In this document: positions 16,167 to 25,656 of the stretch, one piece after another
Position numbering within the stretch: position 1 is the first letter of the stretch
Layout: each line of letters begins with the position of its first letter
The notes under the pieces: generated by a model
Database searches by the model: none
What the model was told of the DNA's origin: nothing
What the model saw: only the letters and a program-made list of their open reading frames with translations
Made by a program: the position numbers and the translations under genes
Assembly (NCBI GenBank): GCA_964542055.1
Contig: CAZITB010000024.1
Span: 1-26,980, forward strand
Length of the DNA stretch: 26,980 nt
Direction: 5' to 3'
Origin: an uncultured Candidatus Kuenenia sp.
GTDB lineage: Bacteria; Planctomycetota; Phycisphaerae; Sedimentisphaerales; CAMDDF01

Positions 16167-17663
16167 TTATTTATTTTCGGTTTTCTTTATCATATCTTTC
16201 AAAAGCGTTCCCATCAAAGCATCTGGGACAGTTCCACTCGAACCGCCAACCATTACATCAGGAGTGATATCTATTTTTTCCTGGGCAACCAACTTAATTA
16301 TCTCTAATAAAGCCGCATTGTCAGAACCCAAAACTTCGGATACTTTCTTATAAGCTTCAGCTTGTGCCTGTGCAACTGTTTTGACTTTTTCAGCCTCGGC
16401 TTGGGCATCTATGATCATTTGCTGTTTACGTTGTTCAGCAACTTTAACCGCATAGCTGGCAGTGGCTAAAGTTTTTTCTTCTTCAGCTTCCTGCTTGGTT
16501 CTTGTAAGCTGTTTTTCCTGTTCAGCAGCTTTTTGCTCTTCTTTGAAAGTTTCCTGCTTTTGGCGAGCGATTTCTCTGTCGGTTTGGGTCTTTAACAGTT
16601 CTCCAAGCGTTTTTTCATCACCGATATCACCGATACGAACTGCTAAAATATCTATCCCATACTGAGCCAATTCTTCTTTCAGCTCAGAAGTACTTTGCTG
16701 TTCTTGTTTAGAACGGTTCTGAACATAATCCAAAGCTTTGACCTGTTCGGCGTTATTTCTGAAACTTGCTCTAACTGAAGGCGTTATCAATTTATTCAAC
16801 ACAAGTTCATCGTTACCGACTGTCGCAACTACTTTTGGTGCGTTTTGTTTTTCTATTCTATAACTGACCCTTACATCTACAGGGAAAGTATATCCATCCT
16901 GACTTCTTACCGTTATAGGTTTAAGAGCCTGAATTTTACCTTCGCCCAATTCCTGCTCTGCAGTGTAGCTGACTTTCTGTTGACGGGTATCGATCATTGT
17001 AACTTCATAAGCACTTGTATTTAGGTAATATTCCTGGGGCAGCAAAGGCTCTCTCCATATACCTCGCTGGTCGCGATCTACTAATCCATCTGAACTTTCA
17101 ACTCTTTCGCCGACATTGCTTTTTATAACAGCTACTGATCCAACCTCAACGTTAGTTACAGGAACTTGCTTTACCTCGAATAGACCGGTATGTATCTTAT
17201 ATTTACCGGGCTTAAGAACAGTGAGTTGAGGCCCTTTATAGCCGTTACCTTCAGTGAGGAAATATTTGGCATCATTTATCATTTGATCAGGATCTTCCCA
17301 CCTTGGTGCATAAATTTCACCTTCAGGAAGAGATTTTCCATCTTTTGCAATAACTAACCCAACACTACCAGGATCAACTTCGGTATCTTTCACTGTAGAA
17401 ATGTCATACTGCCATTTCCAATACCACAGGTGCCAGCCCGGCATTAGAACATCAGCTTGATAACCGTTTTCACCATCAACTCCGATTATTCGACCTTCGG
17501 GCATTTTACCGCCACCGAATTTCTTCGATACAATACCTACTTCGTCCGGCCCGATATTAACAATTGAGGTTCCAACAGCCGCAACGAAAACTACAAGCAA
17601 GACAACTACAGCTATAGCTATCCCTGTTGCTTTACTGGGAACTTTAGTTTCATAAACACTCAT
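16167..17663 (-). CDS. SPFH/Band-7 flotillin-like membrane protein (FloT/YqiK-like).
   Basis: N-terminal TM helix (IAIAVVVLLVVFVAAVG) and an SPFH domain. A long Glu/Ala/Lys/Gln-rich coiled-coil tail (KQETFKEEQKAAEQEKQ...AQAEAEKVK) is typical of flotillins. AAGGAG RBS 6 nt upstream of the ATG. Confidence 0.85.
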   Translation of the reverse strand: MSVYETKVPSKATGIAIAVVVLLVVFVAAVGTSIVNIGPDEVGIVSKKFGGGKMPEGRIIGVDGENGYQADVLMPGWHLWYWKWQYDISTVKDTEVDPGSVGLVIAKDGKSLPEGEIYAPRWEDPDQMINDAKYFLTEGNGYKGPQLTVLKPGKYKIHTGLFEVKQVPVTNVEVGSVAVIKSNVGERVESSDGLVDRDQRGIWREPLLPQEYYLNTSAYEVTMIDTRQQKVSYTAEQELGEGKIQALKPITVRSQDGYTFPVDVRVSYRIEKQNAPKVVATVGNDELVLNKLITPSVRASFRNNAEQVKALDYVQNRSKQEQQSTSELKEELAQYGIDILAVRIGDIGDEKTLGELLKTQTDREIARQKQETFKEEQKAAEQEKQLTRTKQEAEEEKTLATASYAVKVAEQRKQQMIIDAQAEAEKVKTVAQAQAEAYKKVSEVLGSDNAALLEIIKLVAQEKIDITPDVMVGGSSGTVPDALMGTLLKDMIKKTENK

Positions 17664-17752
17664 TTAAACTCCTTTTACAAATAAATTCCAATTTAAACAA
17701 TGATTCTAAACTAAAATCAGCCCAATTCAAACCTTTTTCTCAAAATCTTACA

Positions 17753-19942
17753 TCAATCTAACATCCCTTTGAATCTCAAAGCCATTTGCTTTAGCATAAC
17801 TAAATCAAGTTTGCCCGAACCAAGAAATGGAAGCTGATCAACTTTGAAATAATTTTCTCCTTTTGGTTTGTATATATTCCCCAGATTACTGTTATTTATA
17901 ACATTCTTGACTTCATCAATATCCACGCTATCATTGCAGATAACCACAAGCTGTTCACCTTTGTTTTCATCTGGAATACCCGTGACAGCTATAATTTGAT
18001 CCCCGTTTCCAATTTTATCATTAACCACGTTTTCGACTTTCGAATGTGAGACCATCTCCCCGCCGATTTTGCTGAATCTTGAAAGCCTGTCGCTTACAGT
18101 TAGATATCTATCTTCATCTAAATGACCAATATCACCGGTATCATACCACCCTTCTACGAAAACCGATTTTGTTAAATTCTCTTCATCAAAGTAACCTCTC
18201 ATTACCGATGGGCCTGTTAGAAAGATTTTACCCTGATCACCGGGTTCACATTCATTACCGGTTTCAAGATCGATAATCTTAACACTTGTGCCCGGAAGCA
18301 CAAAACCAACGCTGCCGATTTTGTTGCCTTTGCCGATTGCAAAATTATTGTCCGGATTAACAGATACAACCGGAGATAGCTCTGTAGTTCCGTAACCTTC
18401 TCTTGGTTCTACGCCGAATTTATCTTTAAAATCAATGGCTATATTTGGCTTTAACTTTTCGGCCCCGGCAATAACTCGCTGCAGACTTGTAAATTTCTGG
18501 CTTTCAATTCGATGGCTGTATGTTTTCAAAAAAGTGGGTGTGCCAAATAAAATAGTGGCTTTATGATCTTCAACCGCATTGGCAACCTCGCTGCTGTCAA
18601 GGGGATTGGTTACATAGTACGTCCCAACGCCTGTAAGCATTGCAAGCCACAGAGAAACAGTATAGCCGAAAGAGTGAAAAAACGGCAAAACTCCGCAAAG
18701 TTTGTCCGTATCGTAGATTTTGAATATTTTCGTCATCTGTTCTATATTAGAGATGATGTTATGGTGGCTTAGCACAACACCTTTAGGGTCACCGGATGAG
18801 CCGGAAGTAAAGAGTATGGCCGCTGTAGAATCACTATTAAAATCTTTAGTCCCGCTTAATGTTTTGATTGGCAAGAAGTTGGCTTTAAACCATCCTCTCA
18901 GTTTTTCATATCTGGTAAGATTTTTAACAAAATCTTCGATAAAAATGAATCTCTGATCGTCTGGTGCGAAATTGATTCTTTTTAAGAATAGCCTTGAAGT
19001 AATTATTTTTTCAATGCCTGTTTTGTTTGCCGCAAATTGCCAGTCGCCATCACCGGTTGAATAATTTAAATTAACGACTATTTTTCCAAGCAAATTCATG
19101 GCAAAATTAGATATGACACCAGCTACACTTGGCGGAAGTAAAATTCCAACATATCTATGTTCCCCGACATATTTTTTCAACTTGTCGGCGGCTATAATTA
19201 CAGCTGCTAATGTTTGTTTATAGTTTAACTTTTTGCCGGTTTTATCTCTTATGCATTCTTTTACAATATGCTTCCTGGCGGCCTTTATGAAATACTCGAT
19301 CAACGGTCTTCGGAATTTTTTTAAATCTTCATAATAGTTTGACATCATCTGAGATATACTTCGTCTGAGCTTCCAGAGATCATTTTCAAAACTATGAACC
19401 TTCGCGAAATTAACTGAGATCACCTTATTAGTATTACCAATATCCGGGATCATAACGTTGAAATAAAATCTGCTGTCTGATTTTGTCCCACCTATAAAAA
19501 TAGGCATGATTTTGAGAACTTCTCTTCTGGAAAATTTGTGAAAAGCTTTAACGAAACTTTCGACGTTATCATCAGGTACGATTCCACAACCGCTCAAAAA
19601 ACATATCTTCTTACCCAACCCTACATCTTTACCCAATGTAGTCATCAATTTAATTTTTTTCTCAGGGCTGTCATCTGCTCCAAAAGCTCTGTATCCTAAA
19701 ATCTTCCATAAAAACTTTAATTTTAAAGAATCAAAATACTGTCTTTCGAATACAAATCTCAACTTCATACCTGTAATTAAACTTAGAACCATTGCCCCAA
19801 ACAGGCCGCTGTTGTTGCCGATCATAATGAAATCATTTTGCTGATCGAAGTTCCACTTGCCATATAAAAAAACTTTGTATTTAACAGCAAACCAGCCTTT
19901 GAATATCAGTTTGTCAATTCTCAAAATATCGCGTAATTTCAT
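17753..19942 (-). CDS. aas: Aas-like bifunctional protein (2-acyl-glycerophosphoethanolamine acyltransferase domain plus acyl-ACP synthetase). The N-terminal LPLAT motifs appear degenerate.
   Basis: The C-terminal AMP-binding domain has ILFTSGSSGDPKGVVLSH, LPFFHSFG, WYDTGD, KIGGEMVS and a terminal LPFLGSGKLD. These resemble E. coli Aas as recalled (not a database alignment). In the N-terminal ~200 aa, the PlsC HX4D position reads NNSGLFG and the FPEG position reads FLSG. Confidence 0.8.
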   Translation of the reverse strand: MKLRDILRIDKLIFKGWFAVKYKVFLYGKWNFDQQNDFIMIGNNSGLFGAMVLSLITGMKLRFVFERQYFDSLKLKFLWKILGYRAFGADDSPEKKIKLMTTLGKDVGLGKKICFLSGCGIVPDDNVESFVKAFHKFSRREVLKIMPIFIGGTKSDSRFYFNVMIPDIGNTNKVISVNFAKVHSFENDLWKLRRSISQMMSNYYEDLKKFRRPLIEYFIKAARKHIVKECIRDKTGKKLNYKQTLAAVIIAADKLKKYVGEHRYVGILLPPSVAGVISNFAMNLLGKIVVNLNYSTGDGDWQFAANKTGIEKIITSRLFLKRINFAPDDQRFIFIEDFVKNLTRYEKLRGWFKANFLPIKTLSGTKDFNSDSTAAILFTSGSSGDPKGVVLSHHNIISNIEQMTKIFKIYDTDKLCGVLPFFHSFGYTVSLWLAMLTGVGTYYVTNPLDSSEVANAVEDHKATILFGTPTFLKTYSHRIESQKFTSLQRVIAGAEKLKPNIAIDFKDKFGVEPREGYGTTELSPVVSVNPDNNFAIGKGNKIGSVGFVLPGTSVKIIDLETGNECEPGDQGKIFLTGPSVMRGYFDEENLTKSVFVEGWYDTGDIGHLDEDRYLTVSDRLSRFSKIGGEMVSHSKVENVVNDKIGNGDQIIAVTGIPDENKGEQLVVICNDSVDIDEVKNVINNSNLGNIYKPKGENYFKVDQLPFLGSGKLDLVMLKQMALRFKGMLD

Positions 19943-20939
19943 TAAAAACTTCCGTTCTCAATTTCACTTGTTCATTTAAAAGTTCGTGCATTGCACCTTC
20001 AATCATTACTACATCGATATTATCAAACTTCTTTTGCAGGAACATTATATTATACTCACCATCTACGGTTCGATCCTGAGTTCCCTGCAGCATTTTTATA
20101 TGTTTGTCGCTTTTTGGGCAATCTTCGATCTTTTCATTCCATTGATATAACTTTTCCAACCACCCGAAAGGTACTTCTTTGACGATTAACGGATCGCTTC
20201 TGACAAATTCTATATATTCCACATCCTCGCTGTTTTTGAAATACATATTTGGTATTCGCTCCAAAATCCAGCTTGTCAGGTCATAACCGAATCTTGAAGC
20301 TTTCCAGCCATAACTATGAACAAGGGGAGCCGCCAGAAGAACCTTGTCAACTTTATTACCGCCGCCATTACATAAAATGTAGTCTATAACCGCTGAACCG
20401 CCGGTACTAAAACCGATAAGATGCTTTTTCCCTGTAAACCTTTCATCTATGATATTTATATATTTTGCAAGAACTTTTGAATAGGTATCGAAGCTATCTA
20501 TACCGCCCCGCTGGCCGCTTGACAGGCCATGGCCCGGCAGATCAAAAACCCCAACTGCAAAACCCTGGTCAGTAAGTTCCACGATCAGCTTTTTCATTTG
20601 AGCGACATGGTTCATGTAGCCATGTACCGCTATGACGATATCTTTGCTTGGCTGCTCTGGTTCAAAAATCTGACCTACAATTTCGAACCCGCTGCAGTCA
20701 AATTTGAATATGTGATGGTCCAGCCCTTCTAAATCCAAACCGTAATAGTCTATATAAACCTGAAATTTCTTTATTTGGTTAGCATCCGCAAAAACAACCG
20801 GCTGTTCAATTGAATCGACCATTTCTTGATAAGGACAAACTGTCATCTGGTTGCCTCCGCAGCCTTTTACTATCAAAATCGAAACTGTCAAGGCAACACA
20901 AAAACCGCCAATTCCATACTTTATTTTACTCTTGATCAT
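19914..20939 (-). CDS. Secreted or lipoprotein alpha/beta-hydrolase (lysophospholipase or monoacylglycerol-lipase-like).
   Basis: Signal peptide with a Cys-containing lipobox-like end (LTVSILIVKGCGG). HG oxyanion motif (IAVHGYMNH) and nucleophile elbow GFSTGG. A C-terminal His (GAMHELL). It overlaps the aas start by 29 bp, suggesting an operon. Confidence 0.75.
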   Translation of the reverse strand: MIKSKIKYGIGGFCVALTVSILIVKGCGGNQMTVCPYQEMVDSIEQPVVFADANQIKKFQVYIDYYGLDLEGLDHHIFKFDCSGFEIVGQIFEPEQPSKDIVIAVHGYMNHVAQMKKLIVELTDQGFAVGVFDLPGHGLSSGQRGGIDSFDTYSKVLAKYINIIDERFTGKKHLIGFSTGGSAVIDYILCNGGGNKVDKVLLAAPLVHSYGWKASRFGYDLTSWILERIPNMYFKNSEDVEYIEFVRSDPLIVKEVPFGWLEKLYQWNEKIEDCPKSDKHIKMLQGTQDRTVDGEYNIMFLQKKFDNIDVVMIEGAMHELLNEQVKLRTEVFNEITRYFEN

Positions 20940-21028
20940 TTGTTTCTTCCAAAATTATATATCTTTTAATTTAACTTAAAACCGCCATTTCTACAAGCTA
21001 ATATCCTGAAATATCAATAATTGGCCGC

Positions 21029-21057
21029 TTGATTTACATACAACGTTTTGATATGAT
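21029..21057 (+). promoter_or_regulatory. Sigma70-like promoter for miaB: TTGATT, 17 bp spacer, TATGAT.
   Basis: TTGATT at 21029-21034 and TATGAT at 21052-21057. The ATG is at 21089. Confidence 0.45.
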
Positions 21058-21088
21058 AATCGTTTTGAAAATTCAGGGAAATTTAGCC

Positions 21089-22480
21089 ATGAAAACCCGA
21101 ACAGTATGTATAAAAAGCTTCGGCTGCCAGATGAACAAGCTTGATACCGCCTTGGTATCTTCGGCCTTACGCGATCTAGGCTGTACATTCATAGATTCTT
21201 ACAGCGAGGCTGATATTGTTTTGATAAATACATGCTCCGTTAGAGAGCACGCCGAAAACAGGGTTTTCTCTCACCTTGGCCATCTTCAGCATGCCAAAAA
21301 AACTCGCCCCGACGTTATAGTTGTGGTCTTTGGATGTATGGCACAAAGGCTAGGAGCTAAACTTCTTGAACACCCTGCTGTTAATATTGTCGCAGGCCCT
21401 GCTCAGATTCCAGAAATTCCAACCCTCATCGAGCAAGCAATACACGATTTCAAACCGCGGGTTTTAATTACCGAAAAAATACGTCAGAAACCTGATGTGT
21501 CAAATGCAACTGAGCTTGAGGATTTTGAATCCATTCATGACAGTGATGATAAACAAATACCCGGCCAGGCATTTATCCGTGCTATGCGAGGGTGTAATAA
21601 GTTCTGCACATATTGTATAGTGCCTTACGTACGCGGTCCTGAGATTTCAAGACCGCCACAAGCAATTGTGTCCCAAGCCAAAAACATGGCGAATCAAGGG
21701 ATTAAGCAAATAACCCTGCTGGGCCAAACTATCAATCGCTACAGCTGCACTGATAATAATAGAACATATAATCTTGGTGATATTCTCGAAATGGTTTCCC
21801 AAATAGAGGGCATACAGTGGGTGCGTTTCATTACCAGCCACCCTGCCGATTTTGATGATAATATCCTTCATGCCATTGCAAATAACGAAAAGTTATGTCC
21901 TTATCTTCACGTTCCTGCACAATCGGGATCAAATAAAATCCTCAAAGCCATGAACCGTGACTACACCGTTGAGCAATATTTAGGTCTTATCAACCGGGCA
22001 AGAAAAATTGTTCCGGGGATTTCAATTTCTTCAGATTTTATTGTAGGTTTTCCAGGCGAAACCCATGAGGATTTTGAACAAACCCTCCAATTGATCCAAA
22101 AAGCGAGATTTAAAAATTCATTTATTTTCAAGTATTCGCCTCGACCGGGCACTACCGCGGTGAATCGCCTTGAAGACGATATTTGCGAAGAGGTAAAGAA
22201 GCAGCGAAATTCAAAATTATTGGAAATTCAGAACAAAATTTCTGAAGAGGATAATGCCGCTTTGCTTGGCAAAACAGTAACGGTACTCGTTGAAGGCCTA
22301 AGTAAAAAACCGCATTTGAATATGGCTCAAAACCAAAATAATCCGCAACTAATAGCTCGTACCGCTCACGATCATATTGTAGTTTTCAATGGCCCGGAAT
22401 CGCTTACCGGCAATTTTGCAGAAGTAGAAATCACAAAAACCGCATCTTTGACCTTATTCGGGCAGCTTGCCTCTGATTAA
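21089..22480 (+). CDS. miaB: MiaB-family radical-SAM methylthiotransferase (tRNA ms2i6A synthase-like).
   Basis: MTTase N-terminal domain with KSFGCQMN and NTCSVRE. Radical-SAM CNKFCTYCIVP. C-terminal TRAM domain. The start is placed at the ATG at 21089 (MKTRTVC...), downstream of the predicted promoter. Confidence 0.8.
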   Translation: MKTRTVCIKSFGCQMNKLDTALVSSALRDLGCTFIDSYSEADIVLINTCSVREHAENRVFSHLGHLQHAKKTRPDVIVVVFGCMAQRLGAKLLEHPAVNIVAGPAQIPEIPTLIEQAIHDFKPRVLITEKIRQKPDVSNATELEDFESIHDSDDKQIPGQAFIRAMRGCNKFCTYCIVPYVRGPEISRPPQAIVSQAKNMANQGIKQITLLGQTINRYSCTDNNRTYNLGDILEMVSQIEGIQWVRFITSHPADFDDNILHAIANNEKLCPYLHVPAQSGSNKILKAMNRDYTVEQYLGLINRARKIVPGISISSDFIVGFPGETHEDFEQTLQLIQKARFKNSFIFKYSPRPGTTAVNRLEDDICEEVKKQRNSKLLEIQNKISEEDNAALLGKTVTVLVEGLSKKPHLNMAQNQNNPQLIARTAHDHIVVFNGPESLTGNFAEVEITKTASLTLFGQLASD

Positions 22481-23568
22481 ATCCACTTTTTCTTTCTGAA
22501 ATATACCAGCATACCGATTGTAACCAGTGCCATTATTCCAAGCACTGCAAAATAAGCCCACCTCCATTGGAGTTCGGGCATGTACTTGAAATTCATTCCA
22601 TATATACCCGCGATAAAGGTAAGCGGGATAAAAATCGTTGCAATAATTGTCAAAACTTTCATCACAGAATTCATCCTGTTGCTGACTACCGACAAATACA
22701 TTTCCATCAAACCTGAAACAACATCCCGAAACGATTCCACTGTATCCATTATCTGGATTGAATGATCATATATATCACCAAAATATCTTTTAGTCTCAGC
22801 GGTTATCAGCTTCGACTCTCCCCGGATAATGCCGTTCAAAAGCTCTCTCAATGGCCAAATCGATTTCCGTACAAAGATCATTTCTCGCCTGAGGGCATGT
22901 AGCATTCGCAAATGGTCTTCCTGCGGGTCATACATAAGGCGCTCTTCCAAATTTTCTATCTTTTCTGCCAATTTTTCAAGCACCACGAAATAATTATCGA
23001 CTATCGAATCTATCAAACAATAAAGCAGGTAATCGGCTCCCATTTTTCGAACTTTGCCCTTATTGTTCCTTATTCTCTCTCGCACCCTGTCGAAAACATC
23101 TCCACGTTTTTCCTGGAAAGATAAAACACTGCTGTCAGTTATGATAAAACTAACCTGCTCGGCATCAACCGTTTGCAGCTTATCATCAAACATCAGCATC
23201 CGCAAAACCACGAAATTATAAGTCCCGGAATCCTCATACTTTGCCCGCTGATTTACATGCAGTACATCCTCCATTGTGAGTGGATGTATATCAAAACCTT
23301 TGCCAATTTTCTCCATCAACTGCGCATCATTCAAACCATCAATGTTTATCCAGCTTACTGTCTTTTGATGCTGAAGCCCGAAAGATTGCTCAATTTCAAT
23401 CTGTTTTTCTGTAAAATCCTTAATATCGTAGTCGATTGCCGTTATCCTTACTGGTTCATCCGACTTTTCACCGGCAAAAACCGGCGTCCCCGGCGGAGTT
23501 ACCGTTGGCTTGAAGCTGATTTTCGAAAGGCTTGGCAACTTGATTGGAAATTTAACTTTCATTTTCAT
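22477..23568 (-). CDS. corA: CorA magnesium/cobalt transporter.
   Basis: C-terminal two TM helices with the signature YGMNF (GIYGMNFKYMPE). A cytoplasmic N-terminal domain. 363 aa. Confidence 0.9.
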   Translation of the reverse strand: MKMKVKFPIKLPSLSKISFKPTVTPPGTPVFAGEKSDEPVRITAIDYDIKDFTEKQIEIEQSFGLQHQKTVSWINIDGLNDAQLMEKIGKGFDIHPLTMEDVLHVNQRAKYEDSGTYNFVVLRMLMFDDKLQTVDAEQVSFIITDSSVLSFQEKRGDVFDRVRERIRNNKGKVRKMGADYLLYCLIDSIVDNYFVVLEKLAEKIENLEERLMYDPQEDHLRMLHALRREMIFVRKSIWPLRELLNGIIRGESKLITAETKRYFGDIYDHSIQIMDTVESFRDVVSGLMEMYLSVVSNRMNSVMKVLTIIATIFIPLTFIAGIYGMNFKYMPELQWRWAYFAVLGIMALVTIGMLVYFRKKKWI

Positions 23569-23722
23569 TTTTGATCAATTCCATTTAATCTAAAAGCTTG
23601 AATTTCACTTATTTACATAATACAATACTTTTTCTAATATGAAAATCTTTTTCATAAGGAGGATTAAATTACATGCTCCAAAGTTATCACTTTTGAGCTG
23701 AATTTTTGTTTTTTTTGGTTAT

Positions 23723-23751
23723 TTGACAAAATTATGCAATAAATTTATAAT
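23723..23751 (+). promoter_or_regulatory. Consensus sigma70 promoter for the TolC-MFP efflux operon: TTGACA, 17 bp spacer, TATAAT.
   Basis: TTGACA at 23723-23728 and TATAAT at 23746-23751. The ATG is at 23791. Confidence 0.6.
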
Positions 23752-23790
23752 CTTAAACGTTTGTTTGAATAATTGAAGAATATTTTTGGA

Positions 23791-25656
23791 ATGAATAACA
23801 GAGGGATTTTGAGAAATAATATATTATTACAGACCTTTTTATTGTTAATCTTTATCTGCGGCTGTAAGTCTCCTCTGCAATACAGACTTGAAGCAGATAG
23901 AGTCGCAAACGCAATAGTAGAAAACAAACTCCATGAACTCGGAAAAGATGAGGATTTCACTATTGAACGGCCCAGTGATATTTTCCGCCGTCGGCTTTTG
24001 ATCGAACAAAATTTGCCTGTGTCGGGTCCGGCTTCTTTCGGTACAGATTACCTTGAACCGATCGATTATTGGCCAGATTCCAACTATCTTGAGCCGAGTT
24101 TTTCAGAAATTCCGCCGTTAGTTGAGCTTCAACCCGACCGAGTTCCCAAACTTTCTATGATTGAGGCTTTGCAAATAGGCGCTCGCAACAGCTTTGAATA
24201 CCAAAACCGCAAGGAAGATATTTTTCGGGCAGCCCTGGGGCTGGACCTTGAACGAAATGAATTTCGAAATATTTTCTTCGCCCAAGCCGATACACTTGTT
24301 CAATCCGACATGACCACCGGAACCACTGTTTCGGGCACAGAAACCGGGGTTGCTGCTGGTGTTTCCCGCCAGTTGCCTTCGGGGACAATAATTACCGCTG
24401 ATATTGCCGCAACACTTGCAAACCTGCTTACCGGCAGCAAAGCTTCGGCTTTTGGTATTTCAAGTGACGCTTCTGTTTCGATCCCTCTTTTGAGGGGCAG
24501 TGGTGAGCATATCGTAATGGAACCGCTGATCCAGGCAGAAAGAAACGTTGTTTACGCAATTTACGACTTCGAGAGATTCAGAGAAAGTTTCGCTGTAAAC
24601 GTTGCGGCTGAATATCTTGGGGTGCTAAGGCAGCTTGATATTATTAAAAACAATGAAGAAAACTACAGGGGTCTGGTACTTTCTGCACGCAGAGCCCGCA
24701 GGTTGGCTGACGCAGGACGCCTTACCGAAGTTCAGATTGACCAGGCAGTTCAGGATGAACTTTCTGCACGTGATCGATGGATTTCTGCAATCGAAACCTA
24801 TAAAAGAAGGCTTGATTCTTTCAAAAATCTGATAGGTTTGCCTCCAGATGCCCAGATCGAGCTTGACAGGGTTGAACTGGAAAAACTCGCTGAATATTCT
24901 CGTAAGTTCGCTCTGGATGATGAAATGTCAGATTCCGCTAACGGCAGTCCGGCTTCTGCAGATGAACCGGTAAAACTGGTCCCTCCCGATATGGAAAATG
25001 CAGGGCCTTTGGAAATTGCCCCGGAACTTGCTGTTAAAATTGCACTTGAAAACAGGGTGGACCTTATTACTGCTCAGTCCCAGGTTTTTGACGCCCAAAG
25101 GCTGGTTGTCGTTCTGGCTGATTCCCTTGAGGCAGAGTTAACCTTGCTTGGAAGCGCCCGGACAGGCGGAACCAGATCGATAAATTCAGCGATTCTGGAC
25201 GATATCGAACTAGAATTTGATCGAGGTGTTTATTCCGCACTGCTGACTATGGATTTACCGCTTGAGCGTACAGCCGAAAGGAACGCCTACAGAAACAGCT
25301 TTATCGCTCTTGAAAGAGCAGTTCGAGATGTGCAAATTCTCGAAGATAACATAAAAATAGGCATCCGCAACGATCTTCGAAACCTGCTTGAATCCCGCGA
25401 AAGCCTGTTAATACAGGCTAGAAGCGTCACTTTGGCTCAGAAACGTGTTAAAAGTACGAATCTATTTTTGGAAGCGGGCAGATCAGAAATTCGTGACCTG
25501 CTCGAAGCCCAGGAAGCACTTCTTTCTGCCCAAAATGCACTCACCGCAGCCATAATCAACTACAGAATCGCAGAATTGGAACTCCAGCGTGATATGGGCG
25601 TACTGATTGTTAATGAAAAAGGTTTGTGGACTGAATTTACTCCCGGAGAAATGTAA
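23791..25656 (+). CDS. TolC-family outer-membrane efflux protein (OEP), probably a lipoprotein.
   Basis: Signal peptide with LLIFICGC. Two repeated OEP-type coiled-coil/beta halves. Length ~620 aa. Its stop overlaps the start of a membrane-fusion protein gene (ATGTAAATG). The start is taken at the ATG at 23791. The ORF track starts at a TTG at 23773. Confidence 0.8.
   Translation: MNNRGILRNNILLQTFLLLIFICGCKSPLQYRLEADRVANAIVENKLHELGKDEDFTIERPSDIFRRRLLIEQNLPVSGPASFGTDYLEPIDYWPDSNYLEPSFSEIPPLVELQPDRVPKLSMIEALQIGARNSFEYQNRKEDIFRAALGLDLERNEFRNIFFAQADTLVQSDMTTGTTVSGTETGVAAGVSRQLPSGTIITADIAATLANLLTGSKASAFGISSDASVSIPLLRGSGEHIVMEPLIQAERNVVYAIYDFERFRESFAVNVAAEYLGVLRQLDIIKNNEENYRGLVLSARRARRLADAGRLTEVQIDQAVQDELSARDRWISAIETYKRRLDSFKNLIGLPPDAQIELDRVELEKLAEYSRKFALDDEMSDSANGSPASADEPVKLVPPDMENAGPLEIAPELAVKIALENRVDLITAQSQVFDAQRLVVVLADSLEAELTLLGSARTGGTRSINSAILDDIELEFDRGVYSALLTMDLPLERTAERNAYRNSFIALERAVRDVQILEDNIKIGIRNDLRNLLESRESLLIQARSVTLAQKRVKSTNLFLEAGRSEIRDLLEAQEALLSAQNALTAAIINYRIAELELQRDMGVLIVNEKGLWTEFTPGEM

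Noticed and set aside
22580-23574. Plus-strand ORFs 22580-22765, 22912-23124 and 23173-23574 within corA
   Set aside because: Antisense to the well-supported corA gene (GMN motif). The translations are low-complexity.
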